Assembly: GCF_009914755.1 (NCBI RefSeq)
Contig: NC_060932.1
Strand: one strand, 5' to 3'
DNA: 64,000 nt
Source: the human T2T-CHM13v2.0 reference genome, Homo sapiens
Shown here: positions 53,401-64,000 of the stretch, piece after piece
Position numbering within the stretch: position 1 is the stretch's first letter
Layout: each line of letters begins with the position of its first letter
Translations under genes and position numbers: made by a program
Notes under the pieces: model-generated
The model's input: only the letters and a program-made list of their open reading frames with translations
Databases searched by the model: none
What the model was told of the DNA's origin: nothing

Positions 53401-56400
53401 GTCTTCAAAGAAAATCTAGACAGAAGCATTCTCAGAAACACCTTCGTGATGTTTGCAATCAAGTCACAGAGTTGAACCTTCCGTTTCATAGAGCAGGTTG
53501 GAAACACTCTTTTTGTAGTATCTGGAAGTGGACATTGGGAGGGCTTTGTAGCCTATGTGGAAAAAGGAAATATCTTCCCATGAATGCGAGATAGAAGTAA
53601 TCTCAGAAACATGTTTATGCTGTATCTACTCAACTAACTGTGCTGAACATTTCTATTGATAGAGCAGTTTTGAGACACTCTTCTTTTGGAATCTGCAAGT
53701 GGATATTTGGATAGATTTGAGGATTTCGTTGGAAACGGGATTATATATAAAAAGTAGACAGCAGCATTCTCAGAAACTTCTTTGTGATGTTTGCATCCAG
53801 CTCTCAGAGTTGAACATTCCCTTTCATAGAGTAGGTTTGAAACCCTCTTTTTATAGTGTCTGGAAGCGGGCATTTGGAGCGCTTTCAGGCCTATGCTGAA
53901 AAAGGAAATATCTACCTATAGAAACTAGACAGAAGCATTCTGAGAATCACGTTTGTGATGTGGGTACTCAACTAACAGTGTTGATCCATTCTTTTGATAC
54001 AGCAGTTTTGAACCACACTTTTTGTAGAATCTGCAAGTGGATATTTGGATAGCTGTGAGGATTTCGTTGGAAACGGGAATGTCTTCATAGAAAATTTAGA
54101 CAGAAGCATTCTCAGAACCTTGATTGTGATGTGTGTTCTCCACTAACAGAGTTGAACCTTTCTTTTGACAGAACTGTTCTGAAACATTCTTTTTATAGAA
54201 TCTGGAAGTGGATATTTGGAAAGCTTTGAGGATTTCGTTGGAAACGGGAATATCTTCAAATCAAATCTAGCCAGAAGCATTCTAAGAAACATCTTAGGGA
54301 TGTTTACATTCAAGTCACAGAGTTGAACATTCCCTTTCACAGAGCAGGTTTGAAACAATCTTCTCGTACTATCTGGCAGTGGACATTTTGAGCTCCTTGG
54401 GGCCTATGCTGAAAAAGGAAATATCTTCCGACAAAAACTAGACAGAAGCATTCGCAGAATCACGTTTGTGATGTGTGCACTCAACTGTCAGAATTGAACC
54501 TTGGTTTGGACAGAGCACTTTTGAAACACTCTTTTTGTAGAATCTGCAGGTGGATATTTGGCTAGCTTTGAGGATTTCGTTGGAAACGGTAATGTCTTCA
54601 AAGAAAATCTAGACAGAAGCATTCTCAGAAACACCTTCGTGATGTTTGCAATCAAGTCACAGAGTTGAACCTTCCGTTTCATAGAGCAGGTTGGAAACAC
54701 TCTTTTTGTAGTATCTGGAAGTGGACATTTGGAGCGCTTTCAGGCCTATGGTGAAAAAGGAAATATCTTCCCATAAAAACGACATAGAAGCTATCTCAGG
54801 AACTTGTTTATGATGCATCTAATCAACTAACAGTGTTGAACCTTTGTACTGACAGAGCAGTTTGAAACACTCTTTTTTTGGAATCTGCAAGTGGATATTT
54901 GGATCGCTTTGAGGATTTCGTTGGAAACGGGATGCAATATAAAACGTACACAGCAGCATACTCAGAAAATACTTTGCCATATTTCCATTCAAGTCACAGA
55001 GTGGAACATTCCCATTCATAGAGCAGGTTTGAAACACTCTTTTTGGAGTATCTGGAAGTGGACATTTGGAGCGCTTTCTGAACTATGGTGAAAAAGGAAA
55101 TATCTTCCAATGAAAACAAGACAGAAGCATTCTGAGAAACTTATTTGTGATGTGTGTCCTCAACAAACGGACTTGAACCTTTCGTTTCATGCAGTACTTC
55201 TGGAACACTCTTTTTGAAGATTCTGCATGCGGATATTTGGATAGCTTTGAGGATTTCGTTGGAAACGGGCTTATATGTAAAAATTAGACAGCAGCATTCT
55301 CAGAAACTTCTTTGTGGTGTCTGCATTCAAGTCACAGAATTGAACATCCCCTCACATAGAGCAGTTGTGCAGCACTCTATTTGTAGTATCTGGAAGTGGA
55401 CATTTGGAGGGCTTTGTAGCCTATCTGGAAAAAGGAAATATCTTCCCATGAATGCGAGATAGAAGTAATCTCAGAAACATGTTTATGCTGTATCTACTCA
55501 ACTAACTGTGCTGAACATTTCTATTGATAGAGCAGTTTTGAGACACTCTTCTTTTGGAATCTGCAAGTGGATATTTGGATAGATTTGAGGATTTCGTTGG
55601 AAACGGGATTATATATCAAAAGTAGACAGCAGCATTCTCAGAAACTTCTTTGTGATGTTTGCATCCAGCTCTCAGAGTTGAACATTCCCTTTCATAGAGT
55701 AGGTTTGAAACCCTCTTTTTATAGTGTCTGGAAGCGGGCATTTGGAGCGCTTTCAGGCCTATGCTGAAAAAGGAAATATCTACCTATAGAAACTAGACAG
55801 AAGCATTCTGAGAATCACGTTTGTGATGTGGGTACTCAACTAACAGTGTTGATCCATTCTTTTGATACAGCAGTTTTGAACCACACTTTTTGTAGAATCT
55901 GCAAGTGGATATTTGGATAGCTGTGAGGATTTCGTTGGAAACGGGAATGTCTTCATAGAAAATTTAGACAGAAGCATTCTCAGAACCTTGATTGTGATGT
56001 GTGTTCTCCACTAACAGAGTTGAACCTTTCTTTTGACAGAACTGTTCTGAAACATTCTTTTTATAGAATCTGGAAGTGGATATTTGGAAAGCTTTGAGGA
56101 TTTCGTTGGAAACGGGAATATCTTCAAATCAAATCTAGCCAGAAGCATTCTAAGAAACATCTTAGGGATGTTTACATTCAAGTCACAGAGTTGAACATTC
56201 CCTTTCACAGAGCAGGTTTGAAACAATCTTCTCGTACTATCTGGCAGTGGACATTTTGAGCTCCTTGGGGCCTATGCTGAAAAAGGAAATATCTTCCGAC
56301 AAAAACTAGACAGAAGCATTCGCAGAATCACGTTTGTGATGTGTGCACTCAACTGTCAGAATTGAACCTTGGTTTGGACAGAGCACTTTTGAAACACTCT

Positions 56401-59400
56401 TTTTGTAGAATCTGCAGGTGGATATTTGGCTAGCTTTGAGGATTTCGTTGGAAACGGTAATGTCTTCAAAGAAAATCTAGACAGAAGCATTCTCAGAAAC
56501 ACCTTCGTGATGTTTGCAATCAAGTCACAGAGTTGAACCTTCCGTTTCATAGAGCAGGTTGGAAACACTCTTTTTGTAGTATCTGGAAGTGGACATTGGG
56601 AGGGCTTTGTAGCCTATGTGGAAAAAGGAAATATCTTCCCATGAATGCGAGATAGAAGTAATCTCAGAAACATGTTTATGCTGTATCTACTCAACTAACT
56701 GTGCTGAACATTTCTATTGATAGAGCAGTTTTGAGACACTCTTCTTTTGGAATCTGCAAGTGGATATTTGGATAGATTTGAGGATTTCGTTGGAAACGGG
56801 ATTATATATAAAAAGTAGACAGCAGCATTCTCAGAAACTTCTTTGTGATGTTTGCATCCAGCTCTCAGAGTTGAACATTCCCTTTCATAGAGTAGGTTTG
56901 AAACCCTCTTTTTATAGTGTCTGGAAGCGGGCATTTGGAGCGCTTTCAGGCCTATGCTGAAAAAGGAAATATCTACCTATAGAAACTAGACAGAAGCATT
57001 CTGAGAATCACGTTTGTGATGTGGGTACTCAACTAACAGTGTTGATCCATTCTTTTGATACAGCAGTTTTGAACCACACTTTTTGTAGAATCTGCAAGTG
57101 GATATTTGGATAGCTGTGAGGATTTCGTTGGAAACGGGAATGTCTTCATAGAAAATTTAGACAGAAGCATTCTCAGAACCTTGATTGTGATGTGTGTTCT
57201 CCACTAACAGAGTTGAACCTTTCTTTTGACAGAACTGTTCTGAAACATTCTTTTTATAGAATCTGGAAGTGGATATTTGGAAAGCTTTGAGGATTTCGTT
57301 GGAAACGGGAATATCTTCAAATCAAATCTAGCCAGAAGCATTCTAAGAAACATCTTAGGGATGTTTACATTCAAGTCACAGAGTTAAACATTCCCTTTCA
57401 CAGAGCAGGTTTGAAACAATCTTCTCGTACTATCTGGCAGTGGACATTTTGAGCTCCTTGGGGCCTATGCTGAAAAAGGAAATATCTTCCGACAAAAACT
57501 AGACAGAAGCATTCGCAGAATCACGTTTGTGATGTGTGCACTCAACTGTCAGAATTGAACCTTGGTTTGGACAGAGCACTTTTGAAACACTCTTTTTGTA
57601 GAATCTGCAGGTGGATATTTGGCTAGCTTTGAGGATTTCGTTGGAAACGGTAATGTCTTCAAAGAAAATCTAGACAGAAGCATTCTCAGAAACACCTTCG
57701 TGATGTTTGCAATCAAGTCACAGAGTTGAACCTTCCGTTTCATAGAGCAGGTTGGAAACACTCTTTTTGTAGTATCTGGAAGTGGACATTTGGAGCGCTT
57801 TCAGGCCTATGGTGAAAAAGGAAATATCTTCCCATAAAAACGACATAGAAGCTATCTCAGGAACTTGTTTATGATGCATCTAATCAACTAACAGTGTTGA
57901 ACCTTTGTACTGACAGAGCAGTTTGAAACACTCTTTTTTTGGAATCTGCAAGTGGATATTTGGATCGCTTTGAGGATTTCGTTGGAAACGGGATGCAATA
58001 TAAAACGTACACAGCAGCATACTCAGAAAATACTTTGCCATATTTCCATTCAAGTCACAGAGTGGAACATTCCCATTCATAGAGCAGGTTTGAAACACTC
58101 TTTTTGGAGTATCTGGAAGTGGACATTTGGAGCGCTTTCTGAACTATGGTGAAAAAGGAAATATCTTCCAATGAAAACAAGACAGAAGCATTCTGAGAAA
58201 CTTATTTGTGATGTGTGTCCTCAACAAACGGACTTGAACCTTTCGTTTCATGCAGTACTTCTGGAACACTCTTTTTGAAGATTCTGCATGCGGATATTTG
58301 GATAGCTTTGAGGATTTCGTTGGAAACGGGCTTACATGTAAAAATTAGACAGCAGCATTCTCAGAAACTTCTTTGTGGTGTCTGCATTCAAGTCACAGAA
58401 TTGAACATCCCCTCACATAGAGCAGTTGTGCAGCACTCTATTTGTAGTATCTGGAAGTGGACATTTGGAGGGCTTTGTAGCCTATCTGGAAAAAGGAAAT
58501 ATCTTCCCATGAATGCGAGATAGAAGTAATCTCAGAAACATGTTTATGCTGTATCTACTCAACTAACTGTGCTGAACATTTCTATTGATAGAGCAGTTTT
58601 GAGACACTCTTCTTTTGGAATCTGCAAGTGGATATTTGGATAGATTTGAGGATTTCGTTGGAAACGGGATTATATATCAAAAGTAGACAGCAGCATTCTC
58701 AGAAACTTCTTTGTGATGTTTGCATCCAGCTCTCAGAGTTGAACATTCCCTTTCATAGAGTAGGTTTGAAACCCTCTTTTTATAGTGTCTGGAAGCGGGC
58801 ATTTGGAGCGCTTTCAGGCCTATGCTGAAAAAGGAAATATCTACCTATAGAAACTAGACAGAAGCATTCTGAGAATCACGTTTGTGATGTGGGTACTCAA
58901 CTAACAGTGTTGATCCATTCTTTTGATACAGCAGTTTTGAACCACACTTTTTGTAGAATCTGCAAGTGGATATTTGGATAGCTGTGAGGATTTCGTTGGA
59001 AACGGGAATGTCTTCATAGAAAATTTAGACAGAAGCATTCTCAGAACCTTGATTGTGATGTGTGTTCTCCACTAACAGAGTTGAACCTTTCTTTTGACAG
59101 AACTGTTCTGAAACATTCTTTTTATAGAATCTGGAAGTGGATATTTGGAAAGCTTTGAGGATTTCGTTGGAAACGGGAATATCTTCAAATCAAATCTAGC
59201 CAGAAGCATTCTAAGAAACATCTTAGGGATGTTTACATTCAAGTCACAGAGTTGAACATTCCCTTTCACAGAGCAGGTTTGAAACAATCTTCTCGTACTA
59301 TCTGGCAGTGGACATTTTGAGCTCCTTGGGGCCTATGCTGAAAAAGGAAATATCTTCCGACAAAAACTAGACAGAAGCATTCGCAGAATCACGTTTGTGA

Positions 59401-62400
59401 TGTGTGCACTCAACTGTCAGAATTGAACCTTGGTTTGGACAGAGCACTTTTGAAACACTCTTTTTGTAGAATCTGCAGGTGGATATTTGGCTAGCTTTGA
59501 GGATTTCGTTGGAAACGGTAATGTCTTCAAAGAAAATCTAGACAGAAGCATTCTCAGAAACACCTTCGTGATGTTTGCAATCAAGTCACAGAGTTGAACC
59601 TTCCGTTTCATAGAGCAGGTTGGAAACACTCTTTTTGTAGTATCTGGAAGTGGACATTTGGAGGGCTTTGTAGCCTATCTGGAAAAAGGAAATATCTTCC
59701 CATGAATGCGAGATAGAAGTAATCTCAGAAACATGTTTATGCTGTATCTACTCAACTAACTGTGCTGAACATTTCTATTGATAGAGCAGTTTTGAGACAC
59801 TCTTCTTTTGGAATCTGCAAGTGGATATTTGGATAGATTTGAGGATTTCGTTGGAAACGGGATTATATATCAAAAGTAGACAGCAGCATTCTCAGAAACT
59901 TCTTTGTGATGTTTGCATCCAGCTCTCAGAGTTGAACATTCCCTTTCATATAGTAGGTTTGAAACCCTCTTTTTATAGTGTCTGGAAGCGGGCATTTGGA
60001 GCGCTTTCAGGCCTATGCTGAAAAAGGAAATATCTACCTATAGAAACTAGACAGAAGCATTCTGAGAATCACGTTTGTGATGTGGGTACTCAACTAACAG
60101 TGTTGATCCATTCTTTTGATACAGCAGTTTTGAACCACACTTTTTGTAGAATCTGGAAGTGGATATTTGGAAAGCTTTGAGGATTTCGTTGGAAACGGGA
60201 ATATCTTCAAATAAAATCTAGCCAGAAGCATTCTAAGAAACATCTTAGGGATGTTTACATTCAAGTCACAGAGTTGAACATTCCCTTTCACAGAGCAGGT
60301 TTGAAACAATCTTCTCGTACTATCTGGCAGTGGACATTTTGAGCTCCTTGGGGCCTATGCTGAAAAAGGAAATATCTTCCGACAAAAACTAGACAGAAGC
60401 ATTCGCAGAATCACGTTTGTGATGTGTGCACTCAACTGTCAGAATTGAACCTTGGTTTGGACAGAGCACTTTTGAAACACTCTTTTTGTAGAATCTGCAG
60501 GTGGATATTTGGCTAGCTTTGAGGATTTCGTTGGAAACGGTAATGTCTTCAAAGAAAATCTAGACAGAAGCATTCTCAGAAACACCTTCGTGATGTTTGC
60601 AATCAAGTCACAGAGTTGAACCTTCCGTTTCATAGAGCAGGTTGGAAACACTCTTTTTGTAGTATCTGGAAGTGGACATTTGGAGGGCTTTGTAGCCTAT
60701 CTGGAAAAAGGAAATATCTTCCCATGAATGCGAGATAGAAGTAATCTCAGAAACATGTTTATGCTGTATCTACTCAACTAACTGTGCTGAACATTTCTAT
60801 TGATAGAGCAGTTTTGAGACACTCTTCTTTTGGAATCTGCAAGTGGATATTTGGATAGATTTGAGGATTTCGTTGGAAACGGGATTATATATAAAAAGTA
60901 GACAGCAGCATTCTCAGAAACTTCTTTGTGATGTTTCCATCCAGCTCTCAGAGTTGAACATTCCCTTTCATAGAGTAGGTTTGAAACCCTCTTTTTATAG
61001 TGTCTGGAAGCGGGCATTTGGAGCGCTTTCAGGCCTATGCTGAAAAAGGAAATATCTACCTATAGAAACTAGACAGAAGCATTCTGAGAATCACGTTTGT
61101 GATGTGGGTACTCAACTAACAGTGTTGATCCATTCTTTTGATACAGCAGTTTTGAACCACACTTTTTGTAGAATCTGCAAGTGGATATTTGGATAGCTGT
61201 GAGGATTTCGTTGGAAACGGGAATGTCTTCATAGAAAATTTAGACAGAAGCATTCTCAGAACCTTGATTGTGATGTGTGTTCTCCACTAACAGAGTTGAA
61301 CCTTTCTTTTGACAGAACTGTTCTGAAACATTCTTTTTGTAGAATCTGGAAGTGGATATTTGGAAAGCTTTGAGGATTTCGTTGGAAACGGGAATATCTT
61401 CAAATCAAATCTAGCCAGAAGCATTCTAAGAAACATCTTAGGGATGTTTACATTCAAGTCACAGAGTTGAACATTCCCTTTCACAGAGCAGGTTTGAAAC
61501 AATCTTCTCGTACTATCTGGCAGTGGACATTTTGAGCTCCTTGGGGCCTATGCTGAAAAAGGAAATATCTTCCGACAAAAACTAGACAGAAGCATTCGCA
61601 GAATCACGTTTGTGATGTGTGCACTCAACTGTCAGAATTGAACCTTGGTTTGGACAGAGCACTTTTGAAACACTCTTTTTGTAGAATCTGCAGGTGGATA
61701 TTTGGCTAGCTTTGAGGATTTCGTTGGAAACGGTAATGTCTTCAAAGAAAATCTAGACAGAAGCATTCTCAGAAACACCTTCGTGATGTTTGCAATCAAG
61801 TCACAGAGTTGAACCTTCCGTTTCATAGAGCAGGTTGGAAACACTCTTTTTGTAGTATGTGGAAGTGGACATTTGGAGCGCTTTCAGGCCTATGGTGTAA
61901 AAGGAAATATCTTCCCATAAAAACGACATAGAAGCTATCTCAGGAACTTGTTTATGATGCATCTAATCAACTAACAGTGTTGAACCTTTGTACTGACAGA
62001 GCAGTTTGAAACACTCTTTTTTTGGAATCTGCAAGTGGATATTTGGATCGCTTTGAGGATTTCGTTGGAAACGGGATGCAATATAAAACGTACACAGCAG
62101 CATACTCAGAAAATACTTTGCCATATTTCCATTCAAGTCACAGAGTGGAACATTCCCATTCATAGAGCAGGTTTGAAACACTCTTTTTGGAGTATCTGGA
62201 AGTGGACATTTGGAGCGCTTTCTGAACTATGGTGAAAAAGGAAATATCTTCCAATGAAAACAAGACAGAAGCATTCTGAGAAACTTATTTGTGATGTGTG
62301 TCCTCAACAAACGGACTTGAAACTTTCGTTTCATGCAGTACTTCTGGAACACTCTTTTTGAAGATTCTGCATGCGGATATTTGGATAGCTTTGAGGATCT

Positions 62401-63960
62401 CGTTGGAAACGGGCTTACATGTAAAAATTAGACAGCAGCATTCTCAGAAACTTCTTTGTGGTGTCTGCATTCAAGTCACAGAATTGAACATCCCCTCACA
62501 TAGAGCAGTTGTGCAGCACTCTATTTGTAGTATCTGGAAGTGGACATTTGGAGGGCTTTGTAGCCTATCTGGAAAAAGGAAATATCTTCCCATGAATGCG
62601 AGATAGAAGTAATCTCAGAAACATGTTTATGCTGTATCTACTCAACTAACTGTGCTGAACATTTCTATTGATAGAGCAGTTTTGAGACACTCTTCTTTTG
62701 GAATCTGCAAGTGGATATTTGGATAGATTTGAGGATTTCGTTGGAAACGGGATTATATATAAAAAGTAGACAGCAGCATTCTCAGAAACTTCTTTGTGAT
62801 GTTTGCATCCAGCTCTCAGAGTTGAACATTCCCTTTCATAGAGTAGGTTTGAAACCCTCTTTTTATAGTGTCTGGAAGTGGGCATTTGGAGCGCTTTCAG
62901 GCCTATGCTGAAAAAGGAAATATCTACCTATAGAAACTAGACAGAAGCATTCTGAGAATCACGTTTGTGATGTGGGTACTCAACTAACAGTGTTGATCCA
63001 TTCTTTTGATACAGAAGTTTTGAACCACACTTTTTGTAGAATCTGCAAGTGGATATTTGGATAGCTGTGAGGATTTCGTTGGAAACGGGAATGTCTTCAT
63101 AGAAAATTTAGACAGAAGCATTCTCAGAACCTTGATTGTGATGTGTGTTCTCCACTAACAGAGTTGAACCTTTCTTTTGACAGAACTGTTCTGAAACATT
63201 CTTTTTATAGAATCTGGAAGTGGATATTTGGAAAGCTTTGAGGATTTCGTTGGAAACGGGAATATCTTCAAATCAAATCTAGCCAGAAGCATTCTAAGAA
63301 ACATCTTAGGGATGTTTACATTCAAGTCACAGAGTTGAACATTCCCTTTCACAGAGCAGGTTTGAAACAATCTTCTCGTACTATCTGGCAGTGGACATTT
63401 TGAGCTCCTTGGGGCCTATGCTGAAAAAGGAAATATCTTCCGACAAAAACTAGACAGAAGCATTCGCAGAATCACGTTTGTGATGTGTGCACTCAACTGT
63501 CAGAATTGAACCTTGGTTTGGACAGAGCACTTTTGAAACACTCTTTTTGTAGAATCTGCAGGTGGATATTTGGCTAGCTTTGAGGATTTCGTTGGAAACG
63601 GTAATGTCTTCAAAGAAAATCTAGACAGAAGCATTCTCAGAAACACCTTCGTGATGTTTGCAATCAAGTCACAGAGTTGAACCTTCCGTTTCATAGAGCA
63701 GGTTGGAAACACTCTTTTTGTAGTATCTGGAAGTGGACATTTGGAGGGCTTTGTAGCCTATCTGGAAAAAGGAAATATCTTCCCATGAATGCGAGATAGA
63801 AGTAATCTCAGAAACATGTTTATGCTGTATCTACTCAACTAACTGTGCTGAACATTTCTATTGATAGAGCAGTTTTGAGACACTCTTCTTTTGGAATCTG
63901 CAAGTGGATATTTGGATAGATTTGAGGATTTCGTTGGAAACGGGATTATATATAAAAAGT
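38451..63960 (+). repeat. Copy 2 of the 17-HOR block duplication (may continue past the window end)
   Basis: Same unit order as 5280-30789, with shared rare SNPs at offset -33,171. Confidence 0.9.
59878..60899 (+). repeat. 6-mer HOR variant (1022 bp)
   Basis: Spacing 59821 to 60843; same b/c hybrid junction. Confidence 0.95.
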
Positions 63961-64000
63961 AGACAGCAGCATTCTCAGAAACTTCTTTGTGATGTTTGCA

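Larger units (their letters stand above)
1..64000 (+). repeat. Centromeric alpha-satellite HOR array (SF2-type; probably chr8 D8Z2), about 376 monomers in 44 complete HOR units
   Basis: Continuous ~171-bp periodicity (anchors agacagaagcattctcagaa at 4, 175, 346, 517, 688, 859, 1030, 1197...), CENP-B boxes TTTCGTTGGAAACGGGA, and near-identical units of 1868/1193/1022 bp. Unit lengths sum exactly to the window: 18x1868 + 22x1193 - 1 + 4x1022 = 63957. Alpha-satellite identity is secure; chromosome assignment comes from recalled HOR sizes (about 0.75). Confidence 0.98.

Noticed and set aside
391-63712. Roughly 200 short ORFs (64-102 aa) recurring on both strands, e.g. MDIWIDLRISLETG..., MFQTCSVKGNV..., MSSTNGLEPF...
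   Set aside because: They are chance open frames of alpha-satellite monomers, often with GTG/TTG starts. They repeat with HOR periodicity, appear and vanish with single SNPs, and show no recognisable domains or gene structure. Used only as positional markers.
1-64000. Possible LINE/Alu insertion, inversion or unique island
   Set aside because: HOR unit lengths account for the entire window to the base, and all monomers are in one orientation.

Overview
The whole 64 kb is human-type centromeric alpha-satellite (~171-bp monomers, single orientation, no genes, no transposon insertion or inversion seen). It is a highly homogeneous higher-order-repeat (HOR) array of suprachromosomal family 2 type, with A-type (pJ-alpha) and B-type (CENP-B box) monomers. 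It holds 44 complete HOR units of three kinds: 18 x 11-mer (1868 bp; monomers labelled a-k here), 22 x 7-mer (1193 bp, one 1192 bp; a 675-bp deletion with an f/j hybrid monomer) and 4 x 6-mer (1022 bp; 7-mer with a further b/c fusion). Unit order from position 4: 7,11,7,6,7,11,7,11,7,11,7,11,11,7,11,7,11,7,6,11,7,11,7,7,7,6,7,7,11,7,11,7,11,7,11,11,7,11,7,11,7,6,11,7. The 11-mer/7-mer mix best fits the chromosome 8 D8Z2 array (recalled, not searched). All ORFs in the track are repeat artefacts. Main points of interest: a hidden >=25.5-kb block duplication with a 33,171-bp offset; a strongly asymmetric private-SNP load between its two copies; a hypervariable base at the same monomer position in two different monomers just downstream of CENP-B boxes; a clonal 6-mer variant; and fixed or spreading CENP-B-box-inactivating variants. 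I found no novel protein-coding system. SNP tallies were made by eye and may be incomplete.
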